Of a stretch of 64,000 nucleotides of DNA, positions 11,446 to 22,533 are shown in pieces. Source of the stretch: Eimeria praecox (lineage: Eukaryota). The stretch is taken from the NCBI GenBank assembly GCA_963920595.1, contig OY986946.1, positions 8,060,001 through 8,124,000 on the forward strand, read 5' to 3'. Within the stretch, counting starts at the first letter, position 1. The number at the start of each line of letters is the position of its first letter. The notes below the pieces were generated by a model. The model worked only from the letters and a program-made list of their open reading frames with translations, did no database searches and was not told where the DNA came from. Made by a program: the position numbers and the translations under genes.

Positions 11446-12113
11446 TGCATGCATTCAACAAAATAGCCACTAATAGAATCAAATTCATATTTACAATACA
11501 CAAAAACACACCGAGAAATACTCACAAAATCACACCGGAAAGCCGCTGCATGCGGGAAGCTACGAATCAAGACGCCAAGAGCAACAGGAAACAGGCAGAA
11601 TCATCCATTATAATCCTCATGTACACCCCATAATTAGTATATCATTTATTTTCTAACAGCATAACAGCATAAGAAGTGAAACAACAAACAGAAACACAAG
11701 CAAGAGCAGCACGCTGAAGGGAGCCGTCCCTCCCCATAGACGCTGCCGCCCATAGATTCCTCCCATATTTGGAATGCAATGTGTAGAAAGTTCTATTTAA
11801 GTTGCATTATGCATTCAACGGCAGAAAAAGAAAAAGAAAGGAGAGTAGAGAATGCACGACACAAAAAATGGGGCAAGCAGGCGAGGAGGCGCACAGGGAA
11901 GGGTAGATGTGAATTGCTGCAACTCTGCAAAACCCAGCTAACTTACAGCGAATAAATTATATCCTTCAAAATAAAAGGATAGCGCCGACAAACTCCTGAG
12001 CTCCTTCTGGTACCTTGAAGACAGATCGAAGCCAATGCCTGCTGCTGTGGCACTTGCGACAACACCCCACATACGCGCTTCTGGGGCTTGGAGGCTGCAG
12101 TGCACTGCATGCA
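11446..12113. promoter_or_regulatory. YGCATGCR motifs upstream of RPL24 (TRP-2-like / ApiAP2-type sites)
   Basis: TGCATGCA at 11446-11453, TGCATGCG at 11547-11554 and TGCATGCA at 12106-12113. The motif is known upstream of coccidian ribosomal protein genes but is also common genome-wide in Eimeria. Confidence 0.4.
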
Positions 12114-15100
12114 CTCATTTAGATTCAGCATACTCTACATCATGGTTTTAAATCAATTTCGGCCTTTTTTTTTTAGAATTTGTTCGCTGAGATTGAAGGT
12201 TCGAGCATACCTGCAGCACTGTGGAAGGGTCTTCCAGAGAGCGCGGAACCGCCCGTCAAAGGCAGGTGCATGTACGCGGGTTTGTATACCGTGTATGTAT
12301 TTAAATTCAAGTTAATGTTTAACAATTTGAAACATTTTCAGTGATCACATTGTAAGCGCTATTAGATATGCTTACGTGGGGGTGCATCCTTGCAAGAGCT
12401 GTAGCAGGAAGCACTCCTTGCAGCGTGTGCAGCCTGAATCATAGGCCTTAGTGAAAGCCTTCCAGAGCAGTAATACATCAAAAGGCCAGAAGGTTTATTG
12501 TAAGAGATCTCAGCAAATAATTAGCCTTATCTCAACTCCTCATCTGCCGTGGGCACCTACTCTTCCTTGCATCGCTAGAGGCAGGGCTCGTAAGCCGTGC
12601 TTGCCCTGACGACGTTTGCGGTGCAAACAAGGGCAATTAGAGTCCTAAGCCTTAGTTGAGGAATCTCTGTATTGAGATTCAGTAATCTCAAAGACGTAAA
12701 GGAATTGTCCGTTAAAGACAGATGACATCGCCTCCAGCCTACGCGTGCATTGTGCACAGCGGTTCAACGGCTTGCGCTGGCGAAGAGTTGAACAGGCGTG
12801 ATACGGGCTGCAACGCAGTTTGCTGCAATTAATGCTGCAAGACAAACCCACAAGCATACGCAATCAGTCACTTGCTTTATGCGCTACCCATGCAAGCTGC
12901 AATGCAGGCAGTCGTTAAACACTTGCTTGGCCATCTCATGTAGAGATACGAGCACGAGCACCACACAGATCATGCTACATCTGCGTCCCCTTCTTGCGTT
13001 CAACGTACGCCATCATGTGCTGATCGCTCATTGCAGGAGAGAACAGGGCGAGGGGGTTCGGGCCGCATTTGTGGCGGCGGTAGTGGTTGCTTGTCCGTTC
13101 TCCTGCCAGGCCTCAGAGTGGGTTGATCATGATCTACCCCCGGGCGAATAAAGGATCCACGGCCAATCACCTCGCCGGGCAGAAACAGGCTCAATCATCC
13201 CCTCCCATCTGTTGGGAAGTGTGTTTCCAGCAACGGCAATTCATGAAGAATGCCTCTTCCTATGCCGATCATCCAGATATGACGGTCACCGCGGTGGGGA
13301 AGCAGTAGAGGAGAACCTCAGTTCTGTCTACCTATACTTTCGTCTTAAAACGTATCGAAAATTTTGCAATTGGTATCGGTATCTTGTCTATTAGAAGAGG
13401 ACGCACGACGAAAGCCGCGATATCTAAGCAAAGGCTCCGCCTTCCCGAAGAACATCAGGACTGAGCAGGCCTTCTGCGATGGTCTGCCGTGCAGGTTTGT
13501 TCCCTGGTCTGCAAAGTTACGCGTGACTCCAGACGAAGGCCTGCTGCTTCCAGCTCTGCCTCTGCAGCAGACTGGCTCCGTCCCGATTGCACACAGGCCT
13601 CCGCCTCGGCTGCAGCCGTAAGGGTGTGGGGGCCTGGTTGTCAAACTTCAAGGCTTGGGGCCCAGCTCCAAGTGAGGAAAACAGTAGTATTGTAGAAGGC
13701 GGCACTCAGGGCGCTATAAGCCAAAGGACAAATGAGTAGAGCAGAGCGAAAATATTTGGCTCATGATAGCACAGCGATAGAAAGATGTAAGAGGCTCCTG
13801 ACTCTTTCTCCACCAATGGGTGGCCAAGGCAAAGTATTAGCCGCTTCGTGCAAGCCCACCCTATCCGTTGCTATCGCTGAGAGTCAAGAACTGTCGTTAG
13901 CTGTTCTGAAGCAATCGAGATCCTAGAATGTCCCCTCTGTTTTGTGGTTTTCTGAACGTAAGACACACTTATCTCACTTTCTGTGGCCTGTACGAGTGAT
14001 AATATTTGCTTCCAGGATTTCACTCTCTTCCATTTTTTGCGTATCGCGACGATGTTCCTACAAATGTTGCTGCAGAGCTGTCGCATGCGCCACCTCTTTT
14101 TCTCCGCCAACTTTTGATTCTGCCCCCCAAAGCGTTAGCTGAAGGTAAAACATTGCCGTATATAACAATTTCTTTGCCTGCCCCGTGGATTCCTCTTCGA
14201 TGGATGGGGTGCCCGTACCTCAGAACCCAACTTGGGGCTGGTCTGGGAATGATTCGAGGCGGCGGCGCATTGATGAGGGTCCAGCGGGTAAACAACCCGC
14301 TGAAAGCTCCTTCATATCGTGTACATCTTAGAACTCTTCCTTCAACTTTTCCACTTTTAGTGTTCCTCGGTCGCTAACTGAAGCGAATTCTCTGAAACTG
14401 CCGTCCTCGTAAGACCACCACGCCAGAATGCATGCATCTTTCCCTAGAGGTAGAGGAGTTTCTCGCAGCTGTGCACAGAGTCGACCTCCTATTGAATGAA
14501 TACTTTGTTGCGATTAGCTACCTTTTCTTGTTCAGGCTTACTAGTTCGAGGTCTAAAGGATAGCAATAGGGGCCCTTACGTAGTGTACTACATTACTACT
14601 CAATTTAGACCTGTAGAAGCTTAGCCAGCCGAGGAAACCAAAATAATATATTATTAATAATAAATAAATCTAGCTGCATTGGGCAGGAGACACGGCTTTC
14701 AGGCTAAGACCACTTTGCGGCATAAATACGAGTAAAAATCAAATGATCCAGAAGCCAAGATATTCTCCATCGAAGGATGGAGGATATCGAAGGAAGGCAT
14801 AGTGGCAGAAAAAACGTTAATACAAATTTTAATTGGAATTAGAGTGCTCCATAGAGCTTAACATATATATATCAGAAGCAGGAGGTAGTGTGTGTATAAC
14901 ATATTTTATATTATAAAATTTACATTTTCAAGTATACAACTAAAGGGTCTAAATGCCCAGCATCCGGAGGGGAAAATTGTGTCCAAATAGCGAGGCTGTT
15001 TACGTACATATATTCTACATTTTAACTAAAAGCATGAAATGGGTTTTAAATTAAATGGAAGGATAAATATTTCAGGTTTAACTTCTCTACCTGAATTGCG

Positions 15101-15428
15101 TACATTGTTTGGGGCTGGTTGCGCTAACGGGGTCAGTCAGTGCGAGTATTAGGATGGTGATTGCTTTCCTTCTTTTAGGTAATTGTAACTCATATATGAA
15201 TGGGAGATTATTTCTTGATATTTAAGTCATTTTAAGGGTATTACACTGAGTGTGGATGAACAAGCCCCAAGTGTGCACCTGAACAGGCATCTATTCTTTA
15301 CAGCATAGGTCGTTGTTTACTACAATATCGAGACAGAGTTGGGTTCTGGTTGCTGTCTAGCTCCTGTGAAACCAGGCTTTAGGATTTCCTTTTCCTGATT
15401 TAATTCCACAAACTTCACGTGGTTGAAT

Positions 15429-15749
15429 ATGGCTGCAATAAACCCTTCTCTTCGACTTGTGCATATTGTCTGCTTCAAGTTCAAGCCCGATACGCCCGCG
15501 TCCGTTCACCAGAGCATGGCTGCTGATGCTGAAGGGCTAACGAGCGCAATAAAAACAATACCGTTTACCCTTTTCTTCCGCCCATCTTTTACAGAGGAAC
15601 GAACCAAAGGGTTCACCCATGTACTGCATTCTCAATTCAACAACCGGGCGGACCTCCAGACCTATGCACAGCATCCCCTCCATCTTGACTTTGTGGCGAA
15701 GTACAAGCCTCATTTCGAAGATGTAATGGCATTCGACATTGAACTTTAA
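15429..15749 (+). CDS. Dabb-family stress-responsive A/B barrel protein, intronless, 106 aa
   Basis: HIVCFKFKPD...TKGFTHVLHSQFNNRADLQTYAQHPLHLDFV...VMAFDIEL fits the Dabb consensus (HIVLFK...GFTH...F...Y..HP.H...D). First ATG is at 15429. Confidence 0.9.
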   Translation: MAAINPSLRLVHIVCFKFKPDTPASVHQSMAADAEGLTSAIKTIPFTLFFRPSFTEERTKGFTHVLHSQFNNRADLQTYAQHPLHLDFVAKYKPHFEDVMAFDIEL

Positions 15750-18677
15750 GCCATTCACAAGCCTCCATTTCAAATCCTGCCCTCCTCTTATTCAACGTAG
15801 GGGGAGGGGGGCGCTCACGGCGGGGCCCCCAGGAGAGGCCCTCGTTTCCCCTTTGCCAAATGAATTCGGGAGAAGAGCTTGGCTGGGGGCATCTTCTGGC
15901 CAGAGGTGATAGGCACTACAAGGATAACCAGGGGCCTCCTGGTGCAGCAAGATCTGTAAAACCGTCTGCTGCGACAAGCTGGCGTTCGATAGATATCGAA
16001 GCGTCAGATTGCACCGGAAACCTTGAATTCTGTCGCACATTTAATTATCTTCTCTTCACAAGCATCGAACTTATTATTTACATATTTGCCATTTCAACTA
16101 TGTATCCTGTTTAAAGTGTCGTCCTTGCAAGTAGAACTACTGGCGCTGAATGGTTGCCCCTGAATTTCCTTCCTGGGTCGGCTGGTGCGTAGAAGAAAGC
16201 CAAACGCATCAACAGGTTGCTACAAACTTCTCGTCCACCAATTTATCTTTTCTTGCAGTGTGATTAGCTGTAGCTGGCCTGTGTTGGCACTGTAGACCTT
16301 TGGCTTTTGGCTGCTATAGAAGGTTTGGGCTTAAGGGCTCCAGAGGATGCTTTCCTACTGCATCTGCTCACGGTTTTCAACTTTCGCCGCTTCTGCCACT
16401 GAAATTCAATTCCATCTTTGTCCTCCGTGTTTGCAAATAAGCAACGAGCAAATAGACTAGAATATATTTCTGTCCCAAATGAACTGTTGCATGCTTAGGG
16501 GTAGTGCGTCAACAGCGAGGGGAGATTGAAAGCCCTTATTTGGGTTATCATACCCCTTTCTAGCTCTTCCTCCATGTACCTGCTGTACGAGCATGTTATG
16601 TGCAGTTTTTCTCTCAAGCTTCTTCGTCTTCACCTCCGTAGCATTCGTTGTATGTCTACAAGTTTGTGACACCCAAAGGATGACGAGGAGTGCTCCTTCA
16701 GCTACCTGCTTTCAGTAGATTATTCACTCAATCCAGGCGTTTCTCTTGTGTATTCTATCATTGCACCGCATAGGGAGGATCGTATATCCCACTGCAGCTG
16801 TAAAGGGGCCTTGACAAGCATATGACACTCCACCAAGCACCAGCATATATGTAACGCGGCTCCTCTTAAGTAATTCGGTGCATGCTGCCCATTTGTCGAT
16901 TGGCAGAAAGCTCTGGGGGCGGGACGCACGCTTCCTAAGCAACTAAACTCTCTAAGTACATGGAGATGCTCTTGAGGGTTTTGTTGGGGTTGATCACAGC
17001 AAGGCCATTTTAGTAATGAAATCCCTCCTAAGGAAGGGTGCGTCGGCACTCACACAGGGCCTTCGAAGCAGGGCTTTCATTATTGTGCACTGGGTTACAG
17101 CGTAGCCACCAAACCGTTGTACCAAGGTTTTGGCTGACCTCCCGTAGAAGGCAAGGGACCTTTATATGGAGAGTCACGCTCATACGGAAGCCTCGTGGAC
17201 CTCTTTAGCAGAATTCAACGGTGCCCCCAGAGTGGTTGAATACCTTCTGCAGTACAACTGAAAATTAAAATATGTCGGCACGCAATCACTGTTGGCTCAT
17301 AAAAGGAAAAGGAGGCTTTTGCAGAGTGAGTCTAAGGGATCGCACGAATTGCAAGCTTTCGCCCCGTGGGAGCCACTAATCAGTGATAGGTATACACAGC
17401 AAATAATGCAAGCGGATATATTTCCGCATCTCTCGGTGAATCTATAAGAGGCTGCACAGGCTTGTTCCTGCTCATGGGCTAGATGGGGGCAGCTGTTCAA
17501 TAGTTATTGCGCTCTCGCCCTTATTGATATGACGATGTCTACTTACCACGTAAACGCTGGCACCCTCAGTACCATGGTGCGCTTCTACGTCACATCGGCT
17601 CTCCCAGCTCGCTGCAACCCTTTTAAAGCAACGACGCATTAAAATATCTTGGGCAATGGGTAGGATGGCGGCCCCCCATATCACTTCTTTGTGCCATACT
17701 GACTCACTAAATAATCACGCGCTTCCCCTTCTGCGGTCGATAGTTCTTGCTGCTTACAATACGGAAGAGCCAGCAAACTTGAGTTTGGTCCCTTGGAGCT
17801 CTTCGCTTGTCGCCGGTATTTCAGGCAAGCAAGGCGCAGTTCACATACACAGCAGCAATGTTGCTGCTCCCTCCCAGCTTCCCTCCCTAGGAGTGCGCAA
17901 ACGAGAACCCCTACAGGCCTGCGCTACTTGTGTTACGACGCCCTTCCATGTTGCAGTCGGACAAGCTAAACTGCATGAAGCTGTCTTTTTAGAAAAAGAA
18001 AAAAGGGCCATGGATAGCCTGTATCCATACGTCACCTTCGATGAACACTTGAGCTGTGCACGTGTCAGAAGGCAATGCACGTATGTGAAAAGGCGGAAAC
18101 GCTGCATGCGCCACAGCGGTGAGACCTACCTGTGGCTCTGCTTCTGCCGCGAAGGTGATTAGACAACAATACATGCTTTAGCCAATGTTAATGGCCAACA
18201 CAGAAAAGGGCAATAACACCATTGTGTTACTTGGCTTTTAGGATGGAGCTGCCACTTAAAAAGTATGACGAATGCGCACTATGCAGAACCACAGAAGGCT
18301 CGCCTATGGATTGCGGGTTTCAGACAGACTCCCCATAACTCTACATGGAGGGTGCAGGAGTAGATTCGTGTGCGTGGGACATTCCGCCGTTGCAGAGTGA
18401 ACCTCTATGAGGCAAACTGTCTCGCTACAGCCAGAATATACAGCAACAACGAATAGAAGGTGAGGGATGCCGGCTGCTTTCAGCAGTTGGACCGCTGAGT
18501 ATCCAAGCAAAAAAAGTCGGCCTGCAAGTATCTCCTGCGGTGGTAGACTGTAGGACATAGAAGGACGACGGAGGGCTTTGGTGTATACATTCGGCAATCG
18601 TTACGTTGACGTAAGCACCAGCACATGGATAAACCCTTGGCTGGCGAAGAAGGCTGTTGCAGCCCGGTAGCAACAAG

Positions 18678-19736
18678 TTAAAGAAGTGTGCATCCTGCTG
18701 CTCTGTACTCCTCAATCATTCGTTCTGGCCAAACAGAACACTGGACCTCTCCGATATGCATCTTTCTTAAGAGCAGCATGGCAACTCTTGATTGGCCGAT
18801 GCCTCCTCCTATGCATGGAGGCAAGCTGCCCCCTAGCAGTTCTTGGTGAAACGGAGATTGCAAGGCGTCGTCGGATATACCCGCAGCTTTCGCTTGGCGG
18901 AGCATTGCATCAGCATCAACACGAATTCCCATACTGCTGAGCTCCAGTGCCTTGCCACTCGTAGGATCAAGCACAACAATATCACCGTTTAACCCTTGCC
19001 TTCCATCTGACGCAGTAGTTGTGTAGTCATCGTAGTCCCACGACCGGGTGCCGTGTGGTGCCCCGTCCGAAAGAGGAGCTCCAATGCCTCTCACAAAAAT
19101 GGCCCCGTATTCTTCGACAGCTTTTTGTTCACGAAGAGGAGGGGAGAGATCAGGCCACCGGTCTGCCAATTCCTGTGAATGCACAAAGGTTATGCTACGG
19201 GGGAGCACGGGGGAAAGCTTTGGAAAGCGCCGGCACAGCGAATCTTCTACTTCCACGAGAGCGTCGTAAACCTTCTTAACGGTGGATTTTAGATAATCCA
19301 GGTTACGATCTTCCGTGTCTATCTTCTGCTCCCAGTCCCACTGGTCCACAAGGAGCGAGTGCGTTGGGTCGAGGTCTTCATCCTTTCTTATGGCAACCAT
19401 GTCCGTTATTACACCCTCGTGAGCCGAGATATCGTACGTCTCAAGAGCCTTGCGCTTCCATTTGGCTAAGCTGTGCACGACTTGAATGGGTCGATCGGGC
19501 AACGCCTGAGCAGTAAAACTGACCGGTTGCATAACACCATCGAGAAAGTCCTGCAGGCCAGAGTGCCTCGCGACGAACCGAGGAGCAACGACAGGAATTA
19601 GATTTAATTTCTGCGACAGTAGTTTCATAAAATCGCATTTCAGCAACTGTACAGCAAATTCCGTTTCACGTAGCGTTAGCACAGGGTTGTAACTCCGCGG
19701 CGGACAACGCCCGGAGGACACGGAAGGGCGGTCCAT
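18678..19736 (-). CDS. asnA: Aspartate--ammonia ligase (asparagine synthetase A), intronless, ~352 aa
   Basis: Motifs in order: VVHSLAKWKR, IRKDED, HSLLVDQWDWE, DYDD, GLNGDI, ELSSMGIRV, IGGGIGQSR, HIGEVQCSVWP. First ATG is at 19736. Confidence 0.96.
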   Translation of the reverse strand: MDRPSVSSGRCPPRSYNPVLTLRETEFAVQLLKCDFMKLLSQKLNLIPVVAPRFVARHSGLQDFLDGVMQPVSFTAQALPDRPIQVVHSLAKWKRKALETYDISAHEGVITDMVAIRKDEDLDPTHSLLVDQWDWEQKIDTEDRNLDYLKSTVKKVYDALVEVEDSLCRRFPKLSPVLPRSITFVHSQELADRWPDLSPPLREQKAVEEYGAIFVRGIGAPLSDGAPHGTRSWDYDDYTTTASDGRQGLNGDIVVLDPTSGKALELSSMGIRVDADAMLRQAKAAGISDDALQSPFHQELLGGSLPPCIGGGIGQSRVAMLLLRKMHIGEVQCSVWPERMIEEYRAAGCTLL

Positions 19737-20358
19737 AGCCACCCAAGCAGCCAAAAATCTCTATAGTCCCTTAGTTAACCCTTTTAGGTCCCTCATATTT
19801 TATGCAGAAAAGAAAATTTGGATGAGGGCCCGTTCACGTGCCCGTAGGGAGCCTACCGCGTCGGCACCTGCATGCACAGTTCGCCACCCAAGTGTGCGCA
19901 GAACGGCGCTGTCTCTCATTATCTCTCTCTCTCTCTCACACACACATACACACATACACGTGAACTCCTCTATATCTTGGACTTCTGACAATGCAGCACA
20001 ATCAGCAAATCTTAGCAGAGAACCTTTGCGAGCAGCAATAGAGTCAAAAAACATACAGAAGGAAGCAGCTGCCCTCCCATCCAGTCTCCAAGCATCCTTT
20101 GCACCCGTTCCCTGGGCTAGTGGAGACACTGGCAGGCCTGTTGCGTGCTGCAAGGTGCCTTGCTACTACTAGCGCTGCAAGCAGCCCAACATGCTCGCAC
20201 AGCCAGCACCTGCTTCGTAGCATGCTCTGCGTACTGCTGGTACTCGAATCCACACTTGCTCGCAGGCTGACTAAGGAGGATCACATAGGTGTTTAAATAT
20301 GGCCTACACCACAGTCTGCAAAGCTAGCGCATGCAGAAAAGGGGCATTGGTTACTCGT

Positions 20359-20460
20359 GCATATGAGGGTGCCGCCAGGCACCCTCATATGCGCATATGC
20401 ACTAAGCACCTTATTGCAGATAGCCATAAGCACCTTATTGCTATCTGTAATAAGGTGCTT
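20359..20460. repeat. Two adjacent inverted repeats upstream of asnA
   Basis: 15-bp perfect stem 20359-20373/20378-20392; 21-bp stem 20404-20424/20440-20460 with one G-T pair. Confidence 0.9.
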
Positions 20461-22533
20461 TGCAGCCCGTGGCAAGCCTGCCCCTATCCCCTCCAGCCCA
20501 CGCCCTTCGGAAGCTGTTAGGAGAAGGCACGGAGCGGTTAGGGGAGGCCAGCTGCTTTCTACCAGCAATTTCTCTATCCCCGTGACTCCATTGCACCTCA
20601 TGAATGTCCTCGATTAAGATCGACGACTCTCGGTACACCTGTGTTGCATGCGCGAGCAGTGTAGACTTCAGTGTAGACTGCGTTTAACCATCATTTGCTT
20701 GGCCGCGCATAGCCAGCCAGCAAGCAAGTAGAGATACAAGTAACCAGTAACCACACCACGCAGACCATGCTGCAATCGTCACCCTGTGCAGAACTAGTCT
20801 GCACTTTACCTAATCGTAGCCAAAGGCATACATACGTTAATCCCACCATTGGAGTGAAAGGGGAGAATGTGAAGGGTCACCAGTCGTACTTGAACGCTAA
20901 CAACATAGGATTCCGAGTGGCCTGTAACGAGAGTTCTTTACCCTAGCCAAGGACTGTCGCGAGCTGCAGCAGAAAGTCAATGCTCCTCCAAGCTCCTGTA
21001 ATCCCATGCACAGCTTTCGAAGGGTCTGGGACTTTCGTTACAGCAGTAGTGGCCCTTGTTCAGTGGCAACGATAGGATGCCCCTTACGGGACCACTATTA
21101 TTCTGCTTTTATCCGCTTAGCATCCGAGCTGCCGCTTATAGCAGGAACCTCAATTTACCACCGCCCGTGAATTTTTGCGTTGGTGTTCACAGACGACCCA
21201 AGTGGGCTCGCGTTCAGCACAAAGACACATAGTGATGAATAAAAGCAACTCTCAGTCTGCTGTTACAGGCATTAAGGTGTGGTGTGTACTGTATACTGCT
21301 AGACTGTTCGAGATAAGGCCGACCCGCAATGCACAGCGTTGACCCTTCAACACCGAACGAAGCACTGCGGCTGAGTCAATGGGTTTGAGGTTCATAATGC
21401 GTCTTTCCCCTATCAGAAAACACTATTTCCAGGTGGAAACTAAAGAATGCCTCTCACAAGATGAAGTTCGACAAGTTCTAGGAAGACAGCTGTTGTGAAG
21501 GGAACCCAGTTTTCCTCCTACGTGCATATCCTCTCTTCAGTCTCTAGATATTGGGCTATTGCCATCTTAATTATCTAATCAAAACAAGCATAAAAAACAA
21601 ACCCTCCTCTGTGCCTGTGTTAGCTTTTTCAAGGAAAATGATTCTGATGCGTTTCCCCAGTGTGCAGATGCCCGGGGTGTCATCCGTGCCACTGCCAGCC
21701 CGGAACGGGGGCCCTGTTGCCATTCAATATGGGCCTACTTTGTAGTGGGGTCTGTTACACATAGATTCCCTGTTTGATTTGTTCCTGTGTACACAATAAT
21801 TGATTTTGTTCTATCTTTTGCGGCATCTGATAGTTGCTCCGATGCAGCATTATAGTACTGCACACCACAGTTGTGCTTGTGCTCTACCCATCAGTTGCTG
21901 GATCGACGCATGCAGCCATTGGACAACCATCTGCAACATTTGTGTCTGGAGCATCTGCTCATTCTTATTGCTGCCTTTTATAAGGGAGTAGTTAATTACA
22001 AAGAAGCCGAAAGGCTGCATAGCTGTTCCGTGTACCCTTCAATGCCTGAGAACATGGCCGACGGGGGGCGCAGAACTGTACTTGCAAGTTCTTAGGAGAT
22101 TCGGAGGCGACGCGGATTAGTTCAGGGTCGAAATAAATGACTGCAGAGTGTCTATCCCTGTGTAGGTGCTATGCCGATATGGCCTGCAGGCTATTAGACA
22201 CTCTGCTCTCGCCAGCATTACCGCGGGGAGCCTCGCCTGCTGTGAACTGAGTGGCCAGACAGCTGCTGAGCGTGCCCAGGGCCAGCTCTGAAATGGGTGA
22301 AAACTATAACTAGAACGTGAATTACGGTGGAACCAGGCCTAAGAAGCTGCTGCAACGCATCACCTTCGCGGGCCGGGGGTTTTCGGCGCAGAGGATCCCG
22401 CACTACATTGGACAGCTGATCTCGTTTTCGCCCTTAATATCGCCTCCGTTGTTATCGTTGGACGTTGCTGCCGGAATTCTGGTCCTTCTGTAGTGTTTAG
22501 CGCTACAGCGGCTGTTGCTGTCAGCGGGTGAGA

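Noticed and set aside
12500..14400. Overlapping short ORFs as a retrotransposon remnant
   Set aside because: No gag zinc knuckle, protease, YxDD, RNase H or integrase motif found by eye.
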